Assembly: GCF_000039765.1 (NCBI RefSeq) | Contig: NC_004459.3 | Coordinates: 600,001 to 632,000, forward strand | Direction of reading: 5' to 3' | DNA from: Vibrio vulnificus CMCP6 | GTDB taxonomy: Bacteria; Pseudomonadota; Gammaproteobacteria; Enterobacterales; Vibrionaceae | DNA length: 32,000 nucleotides | Part shown: positions 1 through 9,617 of the stretch, piece after piece | Numbering within the stretch: position 1 is the first letter of the stretch | Layout of the letters: every line of letters starts with the position of its first letter | Program-made: the position numbers and the translations under genes | The notes under the pieces: model-generated | What the model was told of the DNA's origin: nothing | The model's database searches: none | Seen by the model: only the letters and a program-made list of their open reading frames with translations

Positions 1-1305
1 ATGAGCCAATTGAATCGGAGTGATAGACAGACCGTACCCAAACGACAGCGTCGCTCTCTCAATCGGAGACCAACGCGAACGAGTAGGGAAAATACCGGTC
101 ACTTCGCCAACAAGATTTAACCCAGAAGGCTCTCCAAGCCCAACCGAGTTATACATGCCGAGAATCGCTTCCACGGGCATTTCCATCGACAGTTTTGTCA
201 CGCCGATATTACTGGATTTTTTGAGGATTTCGGTCAGGTCCGCTTTACCGACCTTACTCGTATCTCGTACTCGACTGCCACCGACTTGGAGAATGCCGTT
301 GCCCGTGTCGATCACCGTGTCTTTGGTGGCAACGCCGTTTTCCAGCGCGGCAAGAATCACAAAAGGCTTCACCGTGGAGCCAGGCTCCAACGAATCGGTG
401 ATGATGCGGTTACGCATCTTGTAGCTTTGCCAATCACTGCGATTGTTTGGGTTGTAAGAAGGCGCGTTGACCATCGCCAACACGGCGCCGGTTTTTACAT
501 CCAACATCACTGCCGAACCAGAAGTCGCACGGTGATCGGCCACCGCCTGTTTGATGGCGCGATAAGCAATGGCTTGGAGACGCTGATCAATGGTGAGTTC
601 AAGTGACTTGCCTTCTTGCCTGTCTTCATAGGCAATGTTTTCCACCACTCGGCCATAACGGTCTTTACGAATCGTCTGTTTACCCGCTTCACCAGTCAAC
701 CAGTTATCGTAACTGCGTTCCACCCCTTCAAGGCCGTGACCATCGATACCCGTTACACCCACTAAATGAGCACTCACTTCACCAGCGGGATAATAGCGGC
801 GCGATTCTGATTTCAGCCCCACGCCTGGAATTTTAAGCTCGCGTATGTAGTTCGCCATCGCGGGGCTCACTTGGCGCTGCAAGTAGATGAAGCGGCGGCT
901 TTCATTGCGCTCGATACGTTCAATCAATTCTTCACGCTGCAGCCCCAACACATCGGCTAACGCATACCAACGCTGTTTGTTATCCAGCGCCTTTTCTTTG
1001 AAAATCGTCACCGGATCGGCCCAGACAGCTTCAACGGGAACACTGACCGCTAAAGGTTCACCATTGCGATCGGAGATGATACCTCGCGCGGACGGAAGGG
1101 CTTTCACACGGATAGAACGCAGATCCCCTTCACGAATAAGGTTGTCAGGCTCAATGACTTGAATAAATGCAAGACGAACAACAAGCGCAGCAAACGCGAG
1201 GAAAACAAATCCTAGGACTAAATGGAAACGCCAGCGGATAAGCAAAGATGTCCCTTGCTCACTCTCTTTGGGTTTGACGGTGGTTTTGCTCTTTTTACCC
1301 ATCAT
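1..1305 (-). CDS. ftsI: Peptidoglycan D,D-transpeptidase FtsI (PBP3), N-terminal 435 codons; the 3' end lies beyond the window start
   Basis: Absent from the ORF track because it has no stop in the window. My minus-strand translation from the ATG at 1305 gives MMGKKSKTTVKPKESEQGTSLLIRWRFHLVLGFVFLAFAALVVRLAFIQVIEPDNLIREGDLRSIRV... (basic N-terminus plus one TM). Further on come EPGSTVKPF (SxxK active site) and KSSNIGV (SxN motif). The ATG overlaps the ftsL stop (ATGA, 1302-1305), and it follows ftsL as in dcw clusters. Confidence 0.9.
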   Translation of the reverse strand, partial: MMGKKSKTTVKPKESEQGTSLLIRWRFHLVLGFVFLAFAALVVRLAFIQVIEPDNLIREGDLRSIRVKALPSARGIISDRNGEPLAVSVPVEAVWADPVTIFKEKALDNKQRWYALADVLGLQREELIERIERNESRRFIYLQRQVSPAMANYIRELKIPGVGLKSESRRYYPAGEVSAHLVGVTGIDGHGLEGVERSYDNWLTGEAGKQTIRKDRYGRVVENIAYEDRQEGKSLELTIDQRLQAIAYRAIKQAVADHRATSGSAVMLDVKTGAVLAMVNAPSYNPNNRSDWQSYKMRNRIITDSLEPGSTVKPFVILAALENGVATKDTVIDTGNGILQVGGSRVRDTSKVGKADLTEILKKSSNIGVTKLSMEMPVEAILGMYNSVGLGEPSGLNLVGEVTGIFPTRSRWSPIERATLSFGYGLSITPIQLAH

Positions 1306-1619
1306 TTCAGATTAATCACCACTTCTTTGTCGCCATCTGGCCGTTTCATTTCGAGCTCTTTTTTCGCCATCTCTTGCACGCGACTGTGCTCAGCCAGTGC
1401 GGTCTCTTCCAACATCAGATTGCGCCACTCGTTATCCAAATGCTCACGCTCTTGCAGTGCTTCATCTTTTTGGGTGATCGCTTGACGGGTATGGTGGGTG
1501 GCAAAAACCACCGCCATCGCTGAGGCAAAGATCAGGACAAGCAAGATCAAAGGCGTTCGACCTACCGTCAGTAGGTCGAAGAAAATTTCTTTGGCGAGAT
1601 TTGGCTTGGCTTGACGCAT
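1302..1619 (-). CDS. ftsL: Cell division protein FtsL
   Basis: 105-aa ORF with one TM helix (PLILLVLIFASAMAVVFA) followed by a coiled-coil-like segment. It lies between rsmH and ftsI, 9 nt after the rsmH stop, and its stop overlaps the ftsI start. Confidence 0.9.
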   Translation of the reverse strand: MRQAKPNLAKEIFFDLLTVGRTPLILLVLIFASAMAVVFATHHTRQAITQKDEALQEREHLDNEWRNLMLEETALAEHSRVQEMAKKELEMKRPDGDKEVVINLK

Positions 1620-1628
1620 AGGTTTAAA

Positions 1629-2579
1629 TTAAAGCTTTTCAGCAATTCTCAACACAGAGCTGCGTGAACGAGGATTCAGTTCAATTTCTTGCGCTGTTGG
1701 CATGATCGCTTTACCCACTGTTTTCATATTGGCACTGCCTAACGCTTTGATTTGCGCCTCGGTCAGAGGGATACCGTGAGGCACTTCAGGCCCTTTACTT
1801 TCTTTGCGCATAAAGCGTTTCACCATGCGGTCTTCCAAAGAGTGGAAGCTGATCACCGATAAGCGCCCTTCTGGTGCCAGAATACTCGCCGCTCCTTTCA
1901 GTGCGGTATCGATCTCTTCAAGCTCACTGTTGATGTAGATACGAAATGCTTGAAACGCACGAGTCGCTGGGTGTTTTTTCTCTTTAAAGCTTTTTGGCGC
2001 CGCTTCCGAAATCAGTTTTGCCAGTTGACTCGTGCGAGTCAGTGGCTCTTTGGTTTCATCTTCGCGATGCGCAACAATCGCTTTGGCAATGCGGCGGGCA
2101 TGTTTGTCTTCACCGAACTCACGAATCACCCACGTAATGTCGTCTAAATCCGCTTCCATCAGCCACTGAGAAACTGGAATACCCGAGGTTGGGTCCATAC
2201 GCATGTCCAACGGGCCGTCTTTCATAAAGCTAAAGCCACGCTCAGCGTCATCGAGTTGTGGCGAGGAGACGCCGAGATCCAACAACACACCATCCACTTT
2301 ACCGACTAAATCATATTGCTCGGCATAATTCGCCATTCCTGAAAAAGGACCATGAATGATAGTAAAACGTGGATCATCAATTTTACCCGCTTCCGCGATA
2401 GCTTGCGGATCTCGGTCAATACTGTACAGACGACCGTGTTCGCCAAGTTTAGAAAGAATCGTACGGCTGTGACCACCACGACCAAATGTTCCATCAATGT
2501 AAATACCATCCGGCTTGATGGCGAGACCATCAATAGATTCATGAAGTAGTACGGAAATGTGCTGGAATGTGTCGGTCAT
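1629..2579 (-). CDS. rsmH: 16S rRNA (cytosine1402-N4)-methyltransferase RsmH (MraW)
   Basis: 316-aa ORF. It carries the SAM-binding motif [10 protein letters not shown], plus [12 protein letters not shown] and SFHSLEDR, all typical of RsmH. Its position upstream of ftsL-ftsI also fits. Confidence 0.95.
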   Translation of the reverse strand: MTDTFQHISVLLHESIDGLAIKPDGIYIDGTFGRGGHSRTILSKLGEHGRLYSIDRDPQAIAEAGKIDDPRFTIIHGPFSGMANYAEQYDLVGKVDGVLLDLGVSSPQLDDAERGFSFMKDGPLDMRMDPTSGIPVSQWLMEADLDDITWVIREFGEDKHARRIAKAIVAHREDETKEPLTRTSQLAKLISEAAPKSFKEKKHPATRAFQAFRIYINSELEEIDTALKGAASILAPEGRLSVISFHSLEDRMVKRFMRKESKGPEVPHGIPLTEAQIKALGSANMKTVGKAIMPTAQEIELNPRSRSSVLRIAEKL

Positions 2580-2722
2580 GGTTTTCTCGTTGAATATTCA
2601 AAGCCTGTGCGGCGAATCATTAGTGTACTGATTTCCTTGTTCAGTGCCACTATTTGACAAAGTTCAGGCGTGATATAGCGCCAAGTTTATTGGTTCACAT
2701 AATCATTGCGTCAGTAAAATGC

Positions 2723-2753
2723 AAAAAACCCATCATTACTAGGTAATGATGGG
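2723..2753 (-). terminator. Rho-independent terminator of rnpB
   Basis: On the minus strand the sequence reads CCCAUCAUUAC-CUA-GUAAUGAUGGG followed by UUUUUU. This is an 11-bp perfect stem (2729-2739 pairs with 2743-2753) with a U6 tract at 2728-2723, starting 7 nt after the predicted rnpB 3' end. Confidence 0.85.
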
Positions 2754-2760
2754 CTTAAAA

Positions 2761-3202
<442 letters not shown>

Positions 3203-3301
3203 GAGGGCGGATTGTATAGACTTCTCCACTGAGTGTCTAGTGAGATCACATTATTGGCGCAAATAGGGACGATTTTGCAAACCAACCAAACCAGAGAACC
3301 G

Positions 3302-4165
3302 TTATTCGAGGTTCTCAAGGCCCCACTTGTAGAGCGCATTTTTCTTCAAGTTGTAGATTTCCGCAGCTAACGCAGCGGCTTTTTTCAATGGTAATTCTTT
3401 GGTCAGAATGGCCAAACTCCGTAATGCCTCTTCCGGTAGCGACTCCTCCGCAGAATCACGGTAACCGTGGATCAACAGCACCATCTCACCTTTTTGCTGA
3501 TTGTCGTCCGACTGAACCCACTCAACCAACTCAGACAAACGCATGCCCTGAATCGTTTCAAAGGTCTTGGTGAGTTCACGCGCCAACACGACTTCGCGAT
3601 CTGGACCGAGGATTTCAAGCATATCGTGCAAAGAATCAACAATTCGATGTGGTGACTCATAAAAAATACAGGTACGCTCTACCTTTGCGATTTCGAGGAA
3701 CTTATCCTTACGACCTTTGCTTTTTGGCGGCAAGAAACCTTCGAAACTAAAGCGATCAGAGGGCAAACCTGACGCACTTAATGCAGTGATCACCGCACAA
3801 GCACCAGGAAGTGGCACAACTTTAACGCCCGCCTGACGACACTGTGTAACCAAGTGATACCCTGGATCACTGATAAGTGGCGTTCCCGCATCAGACACTA
3901 AAGCGATGTTCTGCCCGGAAAGCAATTTATCCACTAAAACTTGCGCTTTTTGCTGCTCATTGTGGTCATGCAAAGCAAAAGTTTTAGTTTGAATGTTGAA
4001 GTGAGACAATAACTTACCTGTATGTCGGGTATCTTCTGCAGCGATCATATCCACGCTGGATAGCACCTCAATGGCACGCTGGGTAATATCCCCTAAATTG
4101 CCAATCGGTGTCGGCACGATATAGAGGGTTGCGCCTTCTGTTGGGAAGTTATTTTTATCTGTCAT
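3302..4165 (-). CDS. rsmI: 16S rRNA (cytidine1402-2'-O)-methyltransferase RsmI
   Basis: 287-aa ORF. The N-terminus [18 protein letters not shown] and the segment [11 protein letters not shown] are typical of the tetrapyrrole-methylase-fold RsmI/YraL family. It is divergent from lpoA, as in E. coli. Confidence 0.92.
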   Translation of the reverse strand: MTDKNNFPTEGATLYIVPTPIGNLGDITQRAIEVLSSVDMIAAEDTRHTGKLLSHFNIQTKTFALHDHNEQQKAQVLVDKLLSGQNIALVSDAGTPLISDPGYHLVTQCRQAGVKVVPLPGACAVITALSASGLPSDRFSFEGFLPPKSKGRKDKFLEIAKVERTCIFYESPHRIVDSLHDMLEILGPDREVVLARELTKTFETIQGMRLSELVEWVQSDDNQQKGEMVLLIHGYRDSAEESLPEEALRSLAILTKELPLKKAAALAAEIYNLKKNALYKWGLENLE

Positions 4166-4233
4166 TTGTTTAGCATCACTTCAACGATTAATATAGAGAC
4201 AATTTTGTACGGACTTTAAGAGAACTCACGGCA

Positions 4234-6045
4234 ATGATGAACCCTAAGAGACTCAGTGTACCACGCTTACTCACTCCAGTTGCACTGGCAATTACGCTAG
4301 CGGCTTGTTCTTCAGGCCCTAAAACGCCAACCAGTGTTGATATTACACTTGAGCCCACCCTGTCAGTTCAAAACTACATGATAAATGCAGACAGCAGTGA
4401 GGGTAGCCTACAAGCAGATTGGCTGATTATGGCAGCCAAAGCAGCGCTGCAAAATGGCGATCTTGCTCAAGCTGACTTACTGATCAAACGCTTAGCAAGA
4501 ATGCCGCTCTCCGAAGTGCAGCAGGCGGAATGGCAGTTAACACGTGCCGCTTACCATCTCAAACTCAACCAAGCTGACAACGTGATCGAGCTATTGAATT
4601 TCAAAGCTTGGTGGAAACTACCAAACGAACAGTGGAAAGATTATTACACGTTGCGTGCCGAAGCTTACACCGCGTTACAGCAGCCGTTTGAAGCCAACCG
4701 ACAACTGGTCACTCTAAGCCAATACGTGGACGAATCTCAGCAAGCTGAAATCGCGCAGCAAATTTGGGCGAACTTTACCGGTTACTCTCAGTATGAGATC
4801 ACGCAACTTCATCCCGATGCCAGCGAAGAAGTGCTCGATGGCTGGTTACAATTGGCGATATACATGAAAACCATGTCGGCCAATGTGCCACAGCTAAAAA
4901 ACACGCTTGAACATTGGTTTACAGAAAATACCGCGCACCCTGCTGCTTTGTATACACCGGCTGAAATTCAAAGCATTCTCGACTTAGAGATTGTTCAACC
5001 GGTGCACACTGCGTTATTGCTCCCTCTCAGTGGCAAATATGCTAAGCAAGCACAATTGATTCGTGATGGTTTCATCTTTGCCATGATGAACGACAAAGAT
5101 CGCGATCCTGAAGCGACCCTCAAGGTCATTGATACCAATCTCTATCAACCACATCAGTTGAAACAGCAACTGACCGATGAGCAAATTGATTTCATTGTCG
5201 GACCGCTACGTAAAGATGTCATCGAAGTGCTACAAGGCGAGTTAAGTGACGACAGCGGCCAAGTGTCCATCCCGTCACTGGCACTCAACATTCCCGATGA
5301 GCTACAAACAGGGACGGGGATCTGCTACCTGACCCTTTCTCCCGAACAAGAAGTCGCCCAAGCGGCGAAGCACTTGTTTGCTAATGGCTACAAGTATCCA
5401 CTCATCTTCGCCCCTCAAGGTAACTTAGGGCAACGAGTGGTCAGCGCCTTTGAAGCCGAATGGAAGAAATACAGCACCAATAAAGTGGCCGTAAGCTACT
5501 TTGGTGATAAGCGTCAGCTACAACGTGATGTAAACTCGGTATTTGGCTTACAAGAAAGTCAGCAACGAATCGCGCAAATGGAAGGGCTAATGAAGTTGCC
5601 AATGGAAACGCAGCCTCGCAGTCGTCGTGACATTGACTCCGTCTACATTGCTGCTCGCAGCTCAGAGCTCACTCTCATCAAGCCATTTATTGAAGTGGCG
5701 GTAAACCCAGATGCAAAACCACCGAAGCTCTTCTCCAATTCCATGAGCAACAGTGGTGAGAAGCAATACGAAGACCTCACAGGCATTGTTTACAGCGACA
5801 TTCCAATGTTGCTTGAAGTGAACCCTGCACTGGATAGCCAAATGGAACAACTTTGGCCAGATCAGTCAAACTTCCAAAAGCGCTTACAAGCGTTGGGGAT
5901 GGATGCCTACAAACTGATGGCGGAACTACCACAAATGAAAGTGGTCCCAAATCATGCCGTCAACGGTCAAACGGGCGTGCTGACGATTGATGATCAATGC
6001 GTCGTTCATCGCGAAATCAGCTGGAAAGAGCATGGGGCTCTTTAG
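4234..6045 (+). CDS. lpoA: Penicillin-binding protein activator LpoA (outer-membrane lipoprotein)
   Basis: 603-aa ORF with a signal peptide and lipobox (LAITLAAC-SS), a TPR-like N-terminal half and a periplasmic-binding-protein-like C-terminal half. Its position rsmI<>lpoA-yraN-diaA-dolP matches E. coli. The start could instead be the second ATG at 4237. Confidence 0.88.
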   Translation: MMNPKRLSVPRLLTPVALAITLAACSSGPKTPTSVDITLEPTLSVQNYMINADSSEGSLQADWLIMAAKAALQNGDLAQADLLIKRLARMPLSEVQQAEWQLTRAAYHLKLNQADNVIELLNFKAWWKLPNEQWKDYYTLRAEAYTALQQPFEANRQLVTLSQYVDESQQAEIAQQIWANFTGYSQYEITQLHPDASEEVLDGWLQLAIYMKTMSANVPQLKNTLEHWFTENTAHPAALYTPAEIQSILDLEIVQPVHTALLLPLSGKYAKQAQLIRDGFIFAMMNDKDRDPEATLKVIDTNLYQPHQLKQQLTDEQIDFIVGPLRKDVIEVLQGELSDDSGQVSIPSLALNIPDELQTGTGICYLTLSPEQEVAQAAKHLFANGYKYPLIFAPQGNLGQRVVSAFEAEWKKYSTNKVAVSYFGDKRQLQRDVNSVFGLQESQQRIAQMEGLMKLPMETQPRSRRDIDSVYIAARSSELTLIKPFIEVAVNPDAKPPKLFSNSMSNSGEKQYEDLTGIVYSDIPMLLEVNPALDSQMEQLWPDQSNFQKRLQALGMDAYKLMAELPQMKVVPNHAVNGQTGVLTIDDQCVVHREISWKEHGAL

Positions 6046-6400
6046 CCGACGCGCCATTGGTAACCAATATGAGTCCTTGGCGAAGGAATACTTACAACGC
6101 CAAGGACTGAGGTTTATTGAAGCCAACTTTACGACCAAGGTTGGCGAAATCGACCTGATTTTCAAAGAAGCACAAACCATTGTGTTTGTTGAAGTTAAGT
6201 ATCGAAAAAATAGCTGTTATGGTGACGCCGCAGAGATGGTGAATCCTGCCAAAGCCAACAAGCTTATTAAAACCGCTTATTTATGGTTAAACAAACACGG
6301 ATATAATGCTTGTAACACTGCGATGCGGTTTGATGTTGTGGCCATTCACTCCAATGGCCATGATATTAACTGGATCGCCAATGCAATTACTCAAGGATAA
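6032..6400 (+). CDS. yraN: UPF0102 family protein YraN (predicted endonuclease fold)
   Basis: The ORF track starts this frame at 5987, deep inside lpoA. I prefer the in-frame ATG at 6032 (MGLFSRRAIGNQYESLAKEYLQRQGLRFIEANF...), which gives 122 aa, sits after AAAGAG, and overlaps lpoA by 14 nt. The motifs GEIDLI and VFVEVKYR are typical of the family. Confidence 0.8.
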   Translation: MGLFSRRAIGNQYESLAKEYLQRQGLRFIEANFTTKVGEIDLIFKEAQTIVFVEVKYRKNSCYGDAAEMVNPAKANKLIKTAYLWLNKHGYNACNTAMRFDVVAIHSNGHDINWIANAITQG

Positions 6401-6994
<594 letters not shown>

Positions 6995-6996
6995 AG

Positions 6997-7590
6997 ATGC
7001 TACGTTACGTTTTGCTTTTCATCACAACTTGGGCCTTATCAGGTTGTGCCGGGCTTTTCATCGCTGGAGCAGCAACCACCGCAAATCTTGTGACGGATAC
7101 ACGAACAACCAAAGAGATCTGGCAAGATAACAACATCGAGTTTGAAATTGCGGCTATTGGCAATAAAGCACCTTATCGTGGCAAAGTGCGAATCGTCGCG
7201 AGCTCTTACAATGGCACGGTGGTGTTGATGGGACAAGCCTCCACTTCTGAGGAAAGGTCGGGATTTGAACAGCAAGCTCGTAGCATTAAAGGTGTTCAAG
7301 TGCTTCACAATCAAGTTAAAGTGAAAGCACCACTCAGCGTGTCACAAATCAGTAATGACAGTTGGATCACAACTAAGGTGAAATCTGCCTTGCTTACCGA
7401 TGAATCCTTAAACAGCGTAAAAATCAAAGTCATCACCGAAGATGGTGATGTGTTTCTGTTTGGCTATGTAAACAGCGAACAAGCGGAGAAAGCGACTGAG
7501 ATTGCACGCAATATATCTGGAGTTAAGCAGGTTGTTCGCGCATTCCAGTATGGCGAGAACGCAACACAAGTGAATAATGCCAGCCAATGA
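6997..7590 (+). CDS. dolP: Division/outer-membrane stress-associated lipoprotein DolP (YraP), dual BON domain
   Basis: 197-aa ORF with lipobox ALSGC and two BON-like repeats (VRIVASSYNGTVVLMGQ and IKVITEDGDVFLFGYV). It lies 2 nt after diaA, as in the E. coli yraP locus. Confidence 0.88.
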   Translation: MLRYVLLFITTWALSGCAGLFIAGAATTANLVTDTRTTKEIWQDNNIEFEIAAIGNKAPYRGKVRIVASSYNGTVVLMGQASTSEERSGFEQQARSIKGVQVLHNQVKVKAPLSVSQISNDSWITTKVKSALLTDESLNSVKIKVITEDGDVFLFGYVNSEQAEKATEIARNISGVKQVVRAFQYGENATQVNNASQ

Positions 7591-7621
7591 TCAATATCGG
7601 CATGGCTCAACTCTCAGGCAC

Positions 7622-7648
7622 AAAAAAAGCAGCTTTCGCTGCTTTTTT
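7622..7648. terminator. Bidirectional rho-independent terminator between convergent dolP and sspB
   Basis: Sequence aaaaaaa-GCAGC-tttc-GCUGC-tttttt. The stem pairs 7629-7633 with 7638-7642 and is flanked by an A-run and a T-run, so it can terminate either strand. The stem is short (5 bp, or 7 bp if flanking A-U pairs are counted). Confidence 0.7.
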
Positions 7649-7666
7649 ATTATTTGACGTTCATCG

Positions 7667-8143
7667 TTATTTAACGACTCTCAAGCTAGGTCGACCTTTG
7701 GGTCTCGGTGGCTCTGGTTCATCATCAAAATCGATGCTAGGTTGAGGCGCTGAATGCTCCTCTTCCAACCAAATACCATCGTCCTCTTCCTGCTCAGCCC
7801 CAGGGATACTGGTATACGCTTCTTCAGGTTCGAACATGGTGCCAGCACCATTTTCGCGAGCATAAATCGCCAGCACCGCGTACAACGGAACAATCACAGA
7901 ATGTGGACGACCACCAAAACGAGCATTAAAGCTGATGGTGTCGTTACCTAATTCAAGATTACCAACCGCACGCGGGGCAATGTTCAGAATAATCTGACCA
8001 TCTTGAATAAACTCTTGAGGTACGCGTACTCCAGCCAATGTTGCTTGCACAACGAGGTGAGGAGTTAAATCATTATCCACTAGCCAATCGTAAAATGCTC
8101 TTAGCATGTACGGTCGGCGAGCGGTCATTTGAGCAATTTCCAT
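7667..8143 (-). CDS. sspB: Stringent starvation protein B (ClpXP adaptor SspB)
   Basis: 158 aa. The N-terminus RRPYMLRAFYDWLVDNDLTPHLVV matches E. coli SspB. An acidic linker and the C-terminal ClpX-binding tail RPSLRVVK are present. It starts 3 nt after the sspA stop. Confidence 0.93.
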   Translation of the reverse strand: MEIAQMTARRPYMLRAFYDWLVDNDLTPHLVVQATLAGVRVPQEFIQDGQIILNIAPRAVGNLELGNDTISFNARFGGRPHSVIVPLYAVLAIYARENGAGTMFEPEEAYTSIPGAEQEEDDGIWLEEEHSAPQPSIDFDDEPEPPRPKGRPSLRVVK

Positions 8144-8146
8144 ATC

Positions 8147-8782
8147 TTAACGAACCAAACGCATCTCGCGTTCTGCTTCAGTTAAAGAAGCTAGGAATGA
8201 ATCACGCTCAAACACTTTGTTCATGTAAGCTTTGATCTCTTTTGAACCAGGACCAATCAGATCGATACCCAGTAGAGGCAAACGCCACAATAAAGGCGCT
8301 AAGTAGCAGTCAATTAGGCTAAATTCTTCACTCATGAAGTATTCAAATTCAGCGAAGATTGGCGATAGAGTCAGCAAATCATTGCGCAGTTTGTTACGCG
8401 CTTTTTCTGATTCTTCTGCATTGCCTTTAACAATTTTCTCAGCCAATGAGTACCAGTTACGTTCGATACGGTACATCATTAGACGGCTATTACCACGGGC
8501 TACCGGATAAACAGGCATCAACGGCGGATGAGGAAAACGCTCATCTAGGTACTCCATGATGATCTTCGAGTCATAGAGTGCTAGCTCACGATCCACCAGT
8601 GTTGGTACTGATTTATAAGGATTTAGCTCGATCAGCTCTGCTGGTAGGTTAGTTTCATCAACCAACTCAACCTCAACACTTACACCCTTCTCTGCGAGAA
8701 CGATACGCACTTGATGGCTGTACAAGTCTGATGCACTTGAGAATAGAGTCATTACAGAACGTTTATTGGCAGCTAAAGCCAT
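8147..8782 (-). CDS. sspA: Stringent starvation protein A (GST-like RNAP-associated protein)
   Basis: The ORF track begins at a TTG (8845) that runs through the petC terminator. I use the ATG at 8782 (MALAANKRSVMTLFSS...), preceded by GGAGGG. This gives 211 aa, compared with 212 aa for E. coli SspA as I recall it. The fold is GST-like. Confidence 0.92.
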   Translation of the reverse strand: MALAANKRSVMTLFSSASDLYSHQVRIVLAEKGVSVEVELVDETNLPAELIELNPYKSVPTLVDRELALYDSKIIMEYLDERFPHPPLMPVYPVARGNSRLMMYRIERNWYSLAEKIVKGNAEESEKARNKLRNDLLTLSPIFAEFEYFMSEEFSLIDCYLAPLLWRLPLLGIDLIGPGSKEIKAYMNKVFERDSFLASLTEAEREMRLVR

Positions 8783-8802
8783 GGGCCCTCCAGTACACTT
8801 AC

Positions 8803-8838
8803 AATAATAAAAACAATGGAGGCTAAGCCTCCATTGTT
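8803..8838 (-). terminator. Rho-independent terminator after petC
   Basis: Minus strand reads AACAAUGGAGGCU-U-AGCCUCCAUUGUU followed by UUUAUUAUU. The arms are 8826-8838 and 8812-8824, a nearly perfect 13-bp palindrome. It lies only about 20 nt upstream of the sspA SD. Confidence 0.8.
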
Positions 8839-8879
8839 TATTCAATAAAATTGGGAATTAGCGCGGTATGATAGCACAA

Positions 8880-9617
8880 TTAATGCACATCACGCCAATA
8901 CTCTTTCTTCAGCAGCACAACCACGATAGTGAATAGTACTAAGAAAGCCATGACCCACCAACCTAGGGCGTGACGCTCAGCCTTGACTGGATCACCGGAG
9001 TAAACCAAGAAGCTGACTAAGTCGAGCACGGCTTTGTCGTACTCACCCTTGCTTAGTTCACCAGTGCCGTCGCTTTCAACACCAACCACAACTTGGACTT
9101 CCTTACCATCAACCACTTTCGTGCCGTAAACAGGGTTAGGAATACCTTGCAGCTCTTCCAATACATGTGGCATACCAACGCTTGGGAAAACTAAGTTGTT
9201 CACACCAAATGGACGTGATGGATCAACATAGAAAGTACGCAAGTAAGTGTACAACCAATCAGCACCACGAACACGAGCAACAAGCGTCAAATCTGGTGGC
9301 GGTGCACCAAACCAAGCCGCAGCTTGTTTTGCTGGCATAGCGTTTACCATCAGATCGCCAATTTTGCTCTCTGGGTTAAACATCAGATTTTCTTTCATGA
9401 GATCGGCAGGGATACCAAGATCATCCGCCACACGCTCGTAACGTTGATACTGCGTCGAGTGACAAGCAAAACAATAGTTCATGAACAACTTGGCACCATT
9501 TTGTAGTGATGCTTTGTCTGACAAATCAACATTTGCTTTGTCCAACGGAACACCCGCTCCCGCCGCCATCGCCAGTGATGGCAACATAGCAAATAGAATT
9601 ACAATCCATTTCTTCAT
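8880..9617 (-). CDS. petC: Ubiquinol-cytochrome c reductase, cytochrome c1 subunit
   Basis: 245 aa with a signal peptide, the heme-binding motif CFACHS and a C-terminal TM anchor (WWVMAFLVLFTIVVVLL). The ATGA start overlaps the petB stop. Confidence 0.92.
   Translation of the reverse strand: MKKWIVILFAMLPSLAMAAGAGVPLDKANVDLSDKASLQNGAKLFMNYCFACHSTQYQRYERVADDLGIPADLMKENLMFNPESKIGDLMVNAMPAKQAAAWFGAPPPDLTLVARVRGADWLYTYLRTFYVDPSRPFGVNNLVFPSVGMPHVLEELQGIPNPVYGTKVVDGKEVQVVVGVESDGTGELSKGEYDKAVLDLVSFLVYSGDPVKAERHALGWWVMAFLVLFTIVVVLLKKEYWRDVH

Noticed and set aside
3203-3301. Attempt to place the rnpB promoter. Candidates on the minus strand are TTGCAA (19-nt spacer) AATAAT, and TATACA 10 nt before the mature 5' end.
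   Set aside because: Neither has good spacing or a good paired hexamer, so I could not support a specific promoter call from sequence alone.
8783-8845. N-terminal extensions in the ORF track: sspA (TTG 8845), hldE (27460), rpsI (TTG 12207), nudF (GTG 24336), yqiA (GTG 22407), yqiB (GTG 23692), yraN (5987).
   Set aside because: Each extension uses a non-ATG or distant start. Each either runs through a terminator or the upstream gene, or consumes the gene's own SD. Internal ATGs give lengths and N-termini matching the E. coli orthologs.
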